DNA from: Candidatus Latescibacterota bacterium | Lineage (GTDB): Bacteria > Latescibacterota > UBA2968 > UBA8231 | Length of the DNA stretch: 64,000 nucleotides | Reading direction: 5' to 3' | Assembly (NCBI GenBank): GCA_963422735.1 | Contig: OY730476.1 | Coordinates: forward strand, 4,288,001-4,352,000 | Shown here: positions 8,248-17,181 of the stretch, piece after piece | How positions within the stretch are numbered: the first letter of the stretch is position 1 | How the letters are laid out: each line of letters opens with the position of its first letter | The notes under the pieces: generated by a model | Told to the model about the DNA's origin: nothing | The model's database searches: none | Seen by the model: the letters and a program-made list of their open reading frames with translations, nothing else | Position numbers and translations under genes: made by a program

Positions 8248-11079
8248 CTAGCGGACGCTGCCATATACCGTCACAAAGGAGAGGGCGCCCGTCTCCCTAG
8301 CGTTCGGCTGTTCAAAGCGCTCTAGGTGGCGTCTGCTTACCCTTATCCCCATCAGGGTTTGCAGGGTATAGCCCAGATACGGCTTGTCGATGGAAAATTG
8401 TATGGCGAGCGAAGTTTCGTCGAAATCCCCGGTCGTATCGCCGACGCGCAAACCAGCGGTAGCCGTCTCGTCTTGGATAAAATCGCGGAAGATCAGGTGC
8501 TCGACGCCCAACTGCAGCAACACGCGGTTCAAAAAGGGACGCCGCAGCAAGAGCGAGAAGATCCCACTCCAGTCTTGGCGCTCGGCCGTTTGGACACCAG
8601 TTAGACGGCCAATATTGTAGGGCGTGTCGTCCATGAAGAGTTCGTGCTTGAAGCGCGGCTGCACGACCATACGGCCCAGCGGGAACTGGTAGTCTATGCG
8701 GTTGATCAGCCCCAGTCGCCGCGTATTGCGGGCGATCTTGCGACCAGCGCGGTCGCGGGCATTGGCATCGCGTTGCCGAATGAATTCGTGAATGAACTTG
8801 CCCTCGCTATTGATGCCCTTGTAGGTCTTGCCGGTGAAACCAGCCCACAGCCGATTGACGACGGCGTCGCGCATCGCCAGCGGATCCATGATCGGCTGCA
8901 TTGACCCCGACGAGTCCAGCGGCCGGCCCAGCTCGGGCTGCGCCGTCACCCACTGGACCACGTCGTCGGCAATATCGTCCTGCACCAGCTTGAACGCGTT
9001 GTAGAACGCCGCGTTGCCCGCCCTAGAGAAATTGCGCTCGTAGGCCAGCAGGGCGTAGCGGGTCAGGTTCTTTTCGCCGGTGGACAAGCGCTGCACGCGC
9101 TCTTGCCCCGCCATCCATTTCAGATCCGGCGTCAGCCACGCCCCCAAGTAGGCGTTGTACCCGCGCCGGTCGCGCTTGTAGGGATAATCCGGCTCGTCGT
9201 CGTTTTCGAAGCGCTCGCCCCAACCATTGTTGTTCAGATCAATGGCAAAGACGAATTCCGGCCGATCGACGTAGTGGCGCAGGAATTGCTCTTCGTAGTC
9301 GGGCATGAAATTGGGGCGCACGGAAGTGTTGTTCTGGTTGAAATCGGAAATGAAGTCGTTGTTTTCGTCGAGACCGGGGAACACCGCCCCGTCGGCCAGC
9401 CCTTCCTTGTCGCGCCGCTGGTCGAGGCGGATGTCGTTGTCATCGTTGTCATCTACCAAGTCGTAGATAAATTCCGAGCGGGCCTCTTCGTCGTCGCTGT
9501 AATTGATCCGCCCGCCTTGATCGACGAGGAACGACGTAGTGTTGTACTCGGCGTCCATGCCAAACGCCTCGCCGAAGAGGAAGAAGGGGTAGAATTCTTT
9601 GGCGACGTTGACCATCCAGCCCGTCGCCGACTCATCCCCCAACGCTCCGGACGCGCTGTGGTGCGTCTGGCGAGTGATATTGGGGTACTGCCGGAATTGG
9701 TGGTTGACATTGTACTCGGCGTACACCCGAAAGCCCGCCCAATCGCTGACCTCAAAGCTGAAGCCGAAAACTTGGGTAGCCGTCGGCAAGCCGTAGTCGA
9801 AGACGACCCATTGCTGATTGGAGTTGTCTTGGACATTGCCTGCGGCCCGCACTACGTTTGAGAACTTGGATTGGGCACCCAAGGGTTCGTTGTCGGTCTG
9901 GACATCCGAGGTGACATCGACTCGGTAATCGTTGTTGAGTAGGAAGCGAAATTTTACCGCGGAGATGTTGTTGACCAAATCGGCATCGTCAATGAGGTCT
10001 TCCAGTGCCATCACCGCCGAGTCCTCAGAAGAGAAATTATACCGGTAGGTGATCTCGCCCTCGCTGCCGGTTCCTTCGGCAATAGGGAAGCCATTGCGCG
10101 TGGTACCACCCTCCATCTGCGGCTGAAAGCCGATCTGGCTGCCGACCAGCACGGTATCGCGGCCGCCGATTTGGGTATGCACTTCAATGTCTCGGTCGAA
10201 AACCGTAGGCCCGCCCACGCCGTCCTCGGGCGAGTCGTCCGTTATGCGGACGATAATCGAGTTGATGCGATTGGCCAGTTGGCCATTGGTCAGCTTGCCC
10301 TTGAAAGGGTTGCCGCCGCGGTCGGATTGCGATCGGCCGTTGTGGGCGTTGACAAAAGTCGCGCCCAAGCGCACGGCGTCGAGCCCCTTCCACTCGCCCC
10401 TGAAGCCGAGCAGGTTGGTAAAGTTTTCAGTGACGACGGGAACGCGCACACCCGGAGCGATCTGATGCACCGGCAGACTAATCCGCGACATTAGCACGGT
10501 AGCGGCTAAGCGGTCGGCGGCATAGTCGAATTGCACCCCGTTGAAGCGGGTTTTGCGGAACGTCATCGGCGTCAGCGTGGTGTTGATCAGATCGCCGATG
10601 GTCACCCCTAAATAGTGCTGTCCCTTGGAATCGGTGGAGATGAGCAGGTTGCCGAACCACGAGTTGTAGCGCCCGTCTGGTTTGAGCAGACCCGAGCCCC
10701 CAGAGCTGGTCGGCTGCCGCTGCCGCCAGTCGTACACTAGCCAACCCTTGGTCAAATAGCGCCCATACAGGTCGTAGAAATAGTCGCCTTCCTGCCCGGG
10801 AGAAAAATAGCGCCGATAGGGATCCTTGGCGTAATTGGTGTGCTCCCACTGCCAGCGGTATTCGGCCGCGATTTCCTGCGTCATGTACCAGCGCTTCAAC
10901 GCGGGGACAAACGCTTCCTGCTGCATGCCGGGACCGGTGGCGTAATAGGAAACCCGATCCGCCTCGTTGATCCCCAAGCGGTTGCCGTAGTTGGGCTGGG
11001 CACTCGCCGGCACCAGTCCGGCCAGTAGGCAAACCACCGCCCACCACAGGCGCGTCCCCTTTGTTGAACCCCGTCGCAT
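8248..11079 (-). CDS. Large exported hypothetical protein (943 aa), putative outer-membrane beta-barrel, paralogue B
   Basis: Signal peptide; DDNDDND, DENNDFISD, DLNNNGW acidic loops; amphipathic strands ending SFVTVYGSVR. Confidence 0.75.
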   Translation of the reverse strand: MRRGSTKGTRLWWAVVCLLAGLVPASAQPNYGNRLGINEADRVSYYATGPGMQQEAFVPALKRWYMTQEIAAEYRWQWEHTNYAKDPYRRYFSPGQEGDYFYDLYGRYLTKGWLVYDWRQRQPTSSGGSGLLKPDGRYNSWFGNLLISTDSKGQHYLGVTIGDLINTTLTPMTFRKTRFNGVQFDYAADRLAATVLMSRISLPVHQIAPGVRVPVVTENFTNLLGFRGEWKGLDAVRLGATFVNAHNGRSQSDRGGNPFKGKLTNGQLANRINSIIVRITDDSPEDGVGGPTVFDRDIEVHTQIGGRDTVLVGSQIGFQPQMEGGTTRNGFPIAEGTGSEGEITYRYNFSSEDSAVMALEDLIDDADLVNNISAVKFRFLLNNDYRVDVTSDVQTDNEPLGAQSKFSNVVRAAGNVQDNSNQQWVVFDYGLPTATQVFGFSFEVSDWAGFRVYAEYNVNHQFRQYPNITRQTHHSASGALGDESATGWMVNVAKEFYPFFLFGEAFGMDAEYNTTSFLVDQGGRINYSDDEEARSEFIYDLVDDNDDNDIRLDQRRDKEGLADGAVFPGLDENNDFISDFNQNNTSVRPNFMPDYEEQFLRHYVDRPEFVFAIDLNNNGWGERFENDDEPDYPYKRDRRGYNAYLGAWLTPDLKWMAGQERVQRLSTGEKNLTRYALLAYERNFSRAGNAAFYNAFKLVQDDIADDVVQWVTAQPELGRPLDSSGSMQPIMDPLAMRDAVVNRLWAGFTGKTYKGINSEGKFIHEFIRQRDANARDRAGRKIARNTRRLGLINRIDYQFPLGRMVVQPRFKHELFMDDTPYNIGRLTGVQTAERQDWSGIFSLLLRRPFLNRVLLQLGVEHLIFRDFIQDETATAGLRVGDTTGDFDETSLAIQFSIDKPYLGYTLQTLMGIRVSRRHLERFEQPNARETGALSFVTVYGSVR

Positions 11080-13871
11080 TATTCTACACCAGCGTACACC
11101 GAGATAAAGCTAGTGCCGAAGGACCGGCTCTCGCTTTGCTTCATTAGGCCTTCGGCACCCAACACCACGGCTTCGTCCCACCGCTTGGTATAGCTAATGC
11201 CGAACTGGGTGGTGAGCTTGTAGCCGAGATAGTGTCCGAGAGTCGTCCATTGTACGGCCAAGACCAAGTTGCGGAAATCGCCCGTGTCTTGGGTCGGGCC
11301 GTCGGCCAGCAATGCGTCCTCATCTAAGACCAGCTCGTGGAAAAGCGAATATTCCACTCCGCTTTCGAGGAAGGAATTGTTCAACACCGGCAGTCGCGCC
11401 TGTATAATGCCGATCCCCATCCACTCCTTGCGGTCGGGATCGCTCTGCAAAAAGGCCGCTTGGTTGAGGTATTCGCTTTTCGCCTTAGGTTGCAGCACGA
11501 GCTGGCCGATCTTGTAGGTGTAGTCTGCCTTATTGATCAGACCCAGAAACTGCGTGCGTTCATTGAGGATGGGCGCATCGCCGCTTTTGAACGCCTCACC
11601 CCGCTGGCTGAAGAGGCTGTATTTGAATTTGTTGATGACATTCAGCCTTTTTACCGGTTCGCAATCGAATTGCACGTAGCTTTGGTTGACCCAAGTGTCC
11701 CTCGCCGGCAGGATGTCCTCGACATGGGCCAGCGAGACCGTCTGCAGGTCTGGCGTCGGCTCGCGGCGGATGTCGGGAATATCGTCCGCGACCTTTTTCA
11801 GCGAATTGAAAAACCGCAAGCGGCCCCATTGTGGATGGTCGCGGTCGTACGTGAAAACGCCGTAGGTCACCCGGTTGCGGCGGTTGGAGGATATCTCGTC
11901 CTCGCGCAGTCGCCCTATAGTCAATCGGGTGTCCGGTGTCAGGTGTTGGCCGACGTAGATGTTGTAGCCCCGGTGGTTCCGGCGATAGGGATAGTCGGGC
12001 AAGTCGTCGTTTTCAAAGCGGTCGATCCAGTTGTTGTTGTTGAGGTCGATGCCGAAGAGGAATTCTGGACGATCGACGTTGTAGCGGAAAAACGGCTCCT
12101 CGTAATCCGGGATGCGATTGCTCAGCGAGATATTGTCGTTTTGGTTGAAGTCCGAGACGAAGTCGTTGTTTTCGTCCCAACCTGGGAAGACGATTGCGTC
12201 GGGGCCGCCCTGGCCCCAACGGCTCCAATCGGGTGTGCGGTCTTGATCGTCGTTGTCATCGACGAATTCATAGACCGAGGTGCGTTCGTCGTCGTAGTAC
12301 ACGCTGCCGCCCGAATCGACGATAAACGCCGTCGTCGAGTAGGAGGAATCCATGCTGAAGGCTTCGCCGAACAAGAAGAATGGATACGCATGCTTGGAAA
12401 CGTTGACCATCCAAGCCGCGGCGTCGCGGGCGTGGGTATTCAGGTTGCGATCCGCGTCGGCGAGCGTGAGATTGGGATACTGGGTGTAGGCGCGATTAAT
12501 GTCGTATTCCGCATAGGCATCAAAGCCCATCAACTGCAACACTTCGAGTGTGAACCCGAATACCATGTTCGCCGACGGCAATCCGTAGTCGAAGACGACG
12601 CGCTGCTGGTTTGAATTGTCCGTCACATTGCCGTCGGCGCGGCGAACATCGAAGAGCACGGCGCCCGCTTGTGCCAAGTCCAAGCCAGTAAGTGGTGGGC
12701 TAGGCAAACTGCCGCGCCCGATCTGGCGGTCCGACCAAACTTGAATTTTGTAGTCATTGGCCACGACGAGATCGAACTGGATATCTACGATTTCCGTCGG
12801 CCGCGGGCCACGATACGCCAAGTCGGTGAAATCGTAGTTGATGACGATCTGTTCCTCGCCGTTGGCGACCAAAAAACCCTCCCGCGGGAAGCCGCCAGTA
12901 ATCACCGGCCATTTGGTCGGATCGGCTACCACCTCCCGCAAGCGGAATTGAGTGCGCTTCTTGGTGTCGAAATCCTCGGCCGTAATGATGATGTCGTGGG
13001 CAAACAGCGCCGCGCCGCCTTGGCCGTCTTCTGGGGAATCGTCGCTGAGGACCACGGCGATGGCCCTGATCGGATCGCTGCCCTGCTCGGCGCCCAAGGT
13101 GCCGATGAATGGGTTGCGTTCAAACGCCTCGGCCAGCGTCTGTGCATTGTGGGCGTTGACCATGGTCGCGCCGATCTTGACAAAATCCCCCACCTGCGCC
13201 GTCGCCCGCCCCCCCATCATATTGGTCGCGTTGGTCGAGACGCTGGGCTGGCGCTCGGGGGTGGTGCCGAGGATCGCCTCGCTGGCGCGGGAAAACAACA
13301 GCGTCGCCTCGTATTTGTCCGCGGCAAAGTCCATCTGGATGCCGTTGAAACGCGGCTTTGAAAAAGTTAGCGGGGTCAGCGCGGTGCGGATGCGCTCGCC
13401 GATGGTTATCGCCAAATAATACTGATCGCGCGAGTCGGAGGAGACCGTGACTGCATTGAACCACGAATTGAACTTGGGGTCTTTGTATATCGACGAACCA
13501 AATTGGCCCGGTTGCGTCTGGTTCCAGTCGAAAATCAGCCAGCCCCAGGTCTGGTAATTTCCGTACAGGTCGTAAAACGGCCCGCCTTGGCGGTTGGTGT
13601 TGACGTAGCGTTGGTACAGGTCCCTGGCGTAATTCGAGTACTCCCACTGGCGAAAGCCGTAATCGACGTATAGCTCCTGCGGCACGTACCATTTTTTGAG
13701 TGCCGGGTCGAGGGCGTCGAAAAGGACGCCCGGGCCGCGAGGCTCAAAGGTGAGTTGGGCTCCGCGCTGGGTCCCGAAACGACGGTCCGGCGACTGGCCG
13801 ATCGCCTCGGTCGCCAGCAATACCAGTGCAAAGAGGACCAGCCACGCGGGTATCCCCCTAGTTCTGCCCAT
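11079..13871 (-). CDS. Large exported hypothetical protein (~930 aa), putative outer-membrane beta-barrel, paralogue A
   Basis: Colinear with 8248..11079 (KWY, TLTP.TF.K.RFNG.Q.D, DDSPEDG.GG, FDYGLP.A, PDYEE.F); ends SFISVYAGVE. Confidence 0.75.
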   Translation of the reverse strand: MGRTRGIPAWLVLFALVLLATEAIGQSPDRRFGTQRGAQLTFEPRGPGVLFDALDPALKKWYVPQELYVDYGFRQWEYSNYARDLYQRYVNTNRQGGPFYDLYGNYQTWGWLIFDWNQTQPGQFGSSIYKDPKFNSWFNAVTVSSDSRDQYYLAITIGERIRTALTPLTFSKPRFNGIQMDFAADKYEATLLFSRASEAILGTTPERQPSVSTNATNMMGGRATAQVGDFVKIGATMVNAHNAQTLAEAFERNPFIGTLGAEQGSDPIRAIAVVLSDDSPEDGQGGAALFAHDIIITAEDFDTKKRTQFRLREVVADPTKWPVITGGFPREGFLVANGEEQIVINYDFTDLAYRGPRPTEIVDIQFDLVVANDYKIQVWSDRQIGRGSLPSPPLTGLDLAQAGAVLFDVRRADGNVTDNSNQQRVVFDYGLPSANMVFGFTLEVLQLMGFDAYAEYDINRAYTQYPNLTLADADRNLNTHARDAAAWMVNVSKHAYPFFLFGEAFSMDSSYSTTAFIVDSGGSVYYDDERTSVYEFVDDNDDQDRTPDWSRWGQGGPDAIVFPGWDENNDFVSDFNQNDNISLSNRIPDYEEPFFRYNVDRPEFLFGIDLNNNNWIDRFENDDLPDYPYRRNHRGYNIYVGQHLTPDTRLTIGRLREDEISSNRRNRVTYGVFTYDRDHPQWGRLRFFNSLKKVADDIPDIRREPTPDLQTVSLAHVEDILPARDTWVNQSYVQFDCEPVKRLNVINKFKYSLFSQRGEAFKSGDAPILNERTQFLGLINKADYTYKIGQLVLQPKAKSEYLNQAAFLQSDPDRKEWMGIGIIQARLPVLNNSFLESGVEYSLFHELVLDEDALLADGPTQDTGDFRNLVLAVQWTTLGHYLGYKLTTQFGISYTKRWDEAVVLGAEGLMKQSESRSFGTSFISVYAGVE

Positions 13872-14457
13872 CAAATTCCTCCCTCCCTCTTCCCTGCCGG
13901 CCGCCTTCCATCTGCTCCATAAGGCCCCGTACTGACTTAACGACCCGCTCTTGATGCTGTTGCTCAATGTGCTGAGAGATCGCCTTGCGCACATTACGCA
14001 CTTCATCGACCAAGGGGTCAACGCATGATGGGTGTTCTTCAGTATGATTCATCATCCAGCTCCCAAAAGAAATCAGGGGTTGCGATATTCCAAATGAAAT
14101 GAGCAGATCGTTCATAGAGCGGACTGAAGCTACTGCTAAATGAATAGCATCACCAGCAACAGGTCTTGGTATAACCTTTTCACGCACGAAAATGTGTGCC
14201 AATCCGCGCACTTCGTCGGTAATCGGTAGGAGTGGGATATTGTGCGTCCATGCAAGTGCTTGTTGACTTAGAGGATACTGTGCGCGTGAGAGGTCTGCCA
14301 AGACCTCAGCGGATGTAAAAAGTGTGTATGACCCTGCCTGCATTTCCCACCATTCACGACTGAACTGTCGGTGATAGGTGCTTGCGGGATCGATCCTGTT
14401 TGTTACACGCGCACTGATAGGGCTAGTTTCGATATATACTTGTGCCATATCCTTCAT
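13858..14457 (-). pseudogene. PIN-domain toxin with fused antitoxin-like remnant
   Basis: VYIETS and DAIHLAVAS PIN motifs; aberrant C-terminus containing DPLVDEVRNVR; low GC. Confidence 0.6.
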
Positions 14458-14509
14458 GGTGCATACTTCGCTTACTTACGCCGCTCCGGTCTCTTAGTCT
14501 AGGTCTAGC

Positions 14510-16699
14510 CTAATAAACCATCTCGACGATGCCCACGACCGCTTCCTTTTTGGCGTCGGTGGCCAAGTCGAAGCGGAAGAGGTAAATGCCCGGGGGCACC
14601 TGTTGTCCCGCAGCATTCGTGCCGTCCCACTTGGCCGAGAAACTCCCGCCTCCTTGCTCACCCGCGAAGAGTGTGCGGACGCGGTGTCCGGCTAGATCGA
14701 ACACGCGCACGGAAAGCGGCGCGGCATCGACCAGCCGCACCAGATCGCAATGTATCCGCGTCTCGTCATTGACCCCATCTCCGTTGGGACTGAAGATACG
14801 TGGTTGGGCCGCGACGTTGATCATGAGGCGGCCACCCGCCAGCGGCACTCTTACCGCTAGATCGTTCGGATCGGCGGCTCCAATGGGTATTAGATCGTCG
14901 TCTGCCGCCCCCAGATCAGCCGCATTGCCGCCGATGACCCGCTGGCCGAGGTCGTCAGTAGTGCTGTTCCAAGCCGTGCCGGTAAAGGTCGTGCCAAACC
15001 TCAGCACGCGGCACTTGAAGCGGATTTTGACCACCGCCGCCCGCCCCTCGGCCAAATCGCTTTCAGTGATTGCGGGAAAGCGCACCCGCAGGTGCCGCTC
15101 AGCCACCGCTTCCACGGCAAAGAGGCCGCTGTCGTCTTGGATGGGCAGATTGGTCAGGTCAACGCCAGTGAAATCCGCCGTTTGCACCCGGCCATCGGCG
15201 TGCATCACTTCGATGGTCTCGACCGCTTCGGAGCGCACGGGCGTGGCGATCTCGAAAACATCGAAACCCAGATCTACCCCGCTGCGCATCTTAGTGGGCA
15301 GGACGGCATACGTGAACGACACCGGAACGCCCAGTTCGACTTGGCGCGGGACGACCTCGCTGATGATCCGTTCCGTCAGCGGCGGGTTGGAGACCGTAAA
15401 GGCGAGCCCACCCAACGCGCGGGCGGCTTCTAAATCCTCGCTGGCGAATTCGGCCTTTAACTGGAAATAGCGGCGGGGGCCAGGCGAGAGGATGGGTACG
15501 CCCAGTGCATCGTCGATGTTTTCAGCGTTTACAGCAGTTAGTTTATAGGGAGGCGACCAGCGGCTCCAAGCGACTAAGTCGTCGCGCACGTCGCCCTTAT
15601 CCGAATTTTTCAAATCGTCGTACCCGTCCTGCGTCAACGCGACCCGGCTGCGCTCGTCAATGGACAGGGCGTTGAAGAGGTCAAGGGCCTCTTGGACGTC
15701 TTCCATGGCATCTAAGTCAACCGCATCGCCTGTAGCCGTGGTCGCGACCCCCCCCTCCCGCCACGGCACGTCCTCCCCGCTGTCTGGGTGTTGGCGAGTG
15801 AATTCCAACGGCGTGTCGTCCCAGCCGCTGCGCGAACTGATCAGCAAGCGCGACAGGCGTTCCACGCCTAAGTGCTCCTCCTGCCAGCGGATGCGCCCCC
15901 ACAGTGCCAGTTCCTCGCCAAAATCGAAGATGTTGGAAAGATAGTCGGCGCGGGGCACAAAACCGGATCCAAAGACGCGGAATTCGGCAATCTCAAACCC
16001 CACTGTGGTCTGCGATTTCAAGCGGATAAAGCGGACGTATTGCGGCGGGATGGTCAGTTCGACGACCGACTCTTCGTTTTCCGGCTCCAGTTCGACAGTG
16101 GTCAGCACCGGCTGATTGGCCACTTGCGTTTCCTCGCTGCCGTCGTTGAGCAGCAGTTCAAAGCCCCGCAGAAAATCGTTGTGGAACGGGAAATCCGGGG
16201 CGAGAAAATCGGGATGCGCGTTGCGAGGAAAGAACTGGATTCGCTCGACCCCGAAACGCGCGCCGAGATCAAAATCCATGATTACCCCAAGTGAATTGAC
16301 CTGGCTCGCTCCACGGGCTGTCTTGCGCTCAAATGCGGTCGTGGGGTCGTCGTCGATCATAAAAATTAGCTGGTCTTTTACGACCTGCGACAATATGGTC
16401 GGTGCGCCGAGACGACCACCGCGGTCGAGGAGGCCCAAGGCGATATTCGCGGTCTCGTCCGCCTGTTGCGGCGACAGCCAGCCCACCCGGCCGCCAGCGT
16501 CAAACTCGAGCACATTGCCCGGGGTGTTGCTAACCTCGACCGCGGTCGGACCGGTTTGTATCAAGGCTGCGATGGTGCCGCCGCCGCTGGCCCACTCCAA
16601 CCCGTCCTCGCCGCCCATGACAATGGTGCGGCGTTCCGCCCCCAGATCTTGGACCGCTAACAATACCAGCACCAGCGCCTTCGCGCGCGGATACAACAC
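14510..16699 (-). CDS. Secreted protein with discoidin-like domain and C-terminal FlgD-Ig / T9SS type-B-like domain
   Basis: Signal peptide; FSPNGDGVND, VFDLAG.RVR.L, WDG...G..VPPG.Y. Confidence 0.75.
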   Translation of the reverse strand: MLYPRAKALVLVLLAVQDLGAERRTIVMGGEDGLEWASGGGTIAALIQTGPTAVEVSNTPGNVLEFDAGGRVGWLSPQQADETANIALGLLDRGGRLGAPTILSQVVKDQLIFMIDDDPTTAFERKTARGASQVNSLGVIMDFDLGARFGVERIQFFPRNAHPDFLAPDFPFHNDFLRGFELLLNDGSEETQVANQPVLTTVELEPENEESVVELTIPPQYVRFIRLKSQTTVGFEIAEFRVFGSGFVPRADYLSNIFDFGEELALWGRIRWQEEHLGVERLSRLLISSRSGWDDTPLEFTRQHPDSGEDVPWREGGVATTATGDAVDLDAMEDVQEALDLFNALSIDERSRVALTQDGYDDLKNSDKGDVRDDLVAWSRWSPPYKLTAVNAENIDDALGVPILSPGPRRYFQLKAEFASEDLEAARALGGLAFTVSNPPLTERIISEVVPRQVELGVPVSFTYAVLPTKMRSGVDLGFDVFEIATPVRSEAVETIEVMHADGRVQTADFTGVDLTNLPIQDDSGLFAVEAVAERHLRVRFPAITESDLAEGRAAVVKIRFKCRVLRFGTTFTGTAWNSTTDDLGQRVIGGNAADLGAADDDLIPIGAADPNDLAVRVPLAGGRLMINVAAQPRIFSPNGDGVNDETRIHCDLVRLVDAAPLSVRVFDLAGHRVRTLFAGEQGGGSFSAKWDGTNAAGQQVPPGIYLFRFDLATDAKKEAVVGIVEMVY

Positions 16700-16720
16700 A
16701 GCCGACTATCTCCTTGTAGT

Positions 16721-17181
16721 TTGGTCAGTACGCCACGTGCAGCAGGCACGGACCTCAACCAGCGAAAACACCTGCGCCAACTTCGCCGTCAGGGCATCGG
16801 ACGGCGGGTCTCAGAGTGAGGGGATGCGCCTATCGCCCGCTAGCCGAACAGCTTTAAGGCCCCGATAAGGCCCCACGTCGCCACTTGCAGGGCAATGATC
16901 CACCGCAAGTTGGAGTCAATTTTGGCGTTAAGGGCGTCGATTTTGGCTTCAAGTGCCGCACGATGGGCGTCGATTTTGGCTTCGATGCGGCTCAGCCGGA
17001 CGTCGATTTGCTCGACAATGCCCTCTAGCCGGGCGATGCGGCCTTCGTGGTCTAACGGATAGGGCCGCTCCGGCGGCGGAAGTTGCTCACTCACTATCTT
17101 GTAATATGAACAGCACAAAAAATTTCGTTCAGGCCGCACTCGACCCTCACAGGATTGGTCAATACGCCACGTGCAGCAGGC
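16721..17181. repeat. 27-bp direct repeats (16721-16747, 17155-17181) flanking a small inserted gene
   Basis: ttggtcaRtacgccacgtgcagcaggc occurs twice, 1 mismatch; equals the 3' end of CDS 17159..19735. Confidence 0.9.
16840..17094 (-). CDS. Small coiled-coil protein with C-terminal TM helix (DUF1640/CCDC90-like)
   Basis: RIARLEG, repeated EAKIDA heptads, LRWIIALQ TM segment; probable GTG start at 17094. Confidence 0.6.
   Translation of the reverse strand: MSEQLPPPERPYPLDHEGRIARLEGIVEQIDVRLSRIEAKIDAHRAALEAKIDALNAKIDSNLRWIIALQVATWGLIGALKLFG

Noticed and set aside
5305-17181. Integron cassette array explaining the small inserts
   Set aside because: No integrase and no convincing attC R''/R' boxes seen by eye
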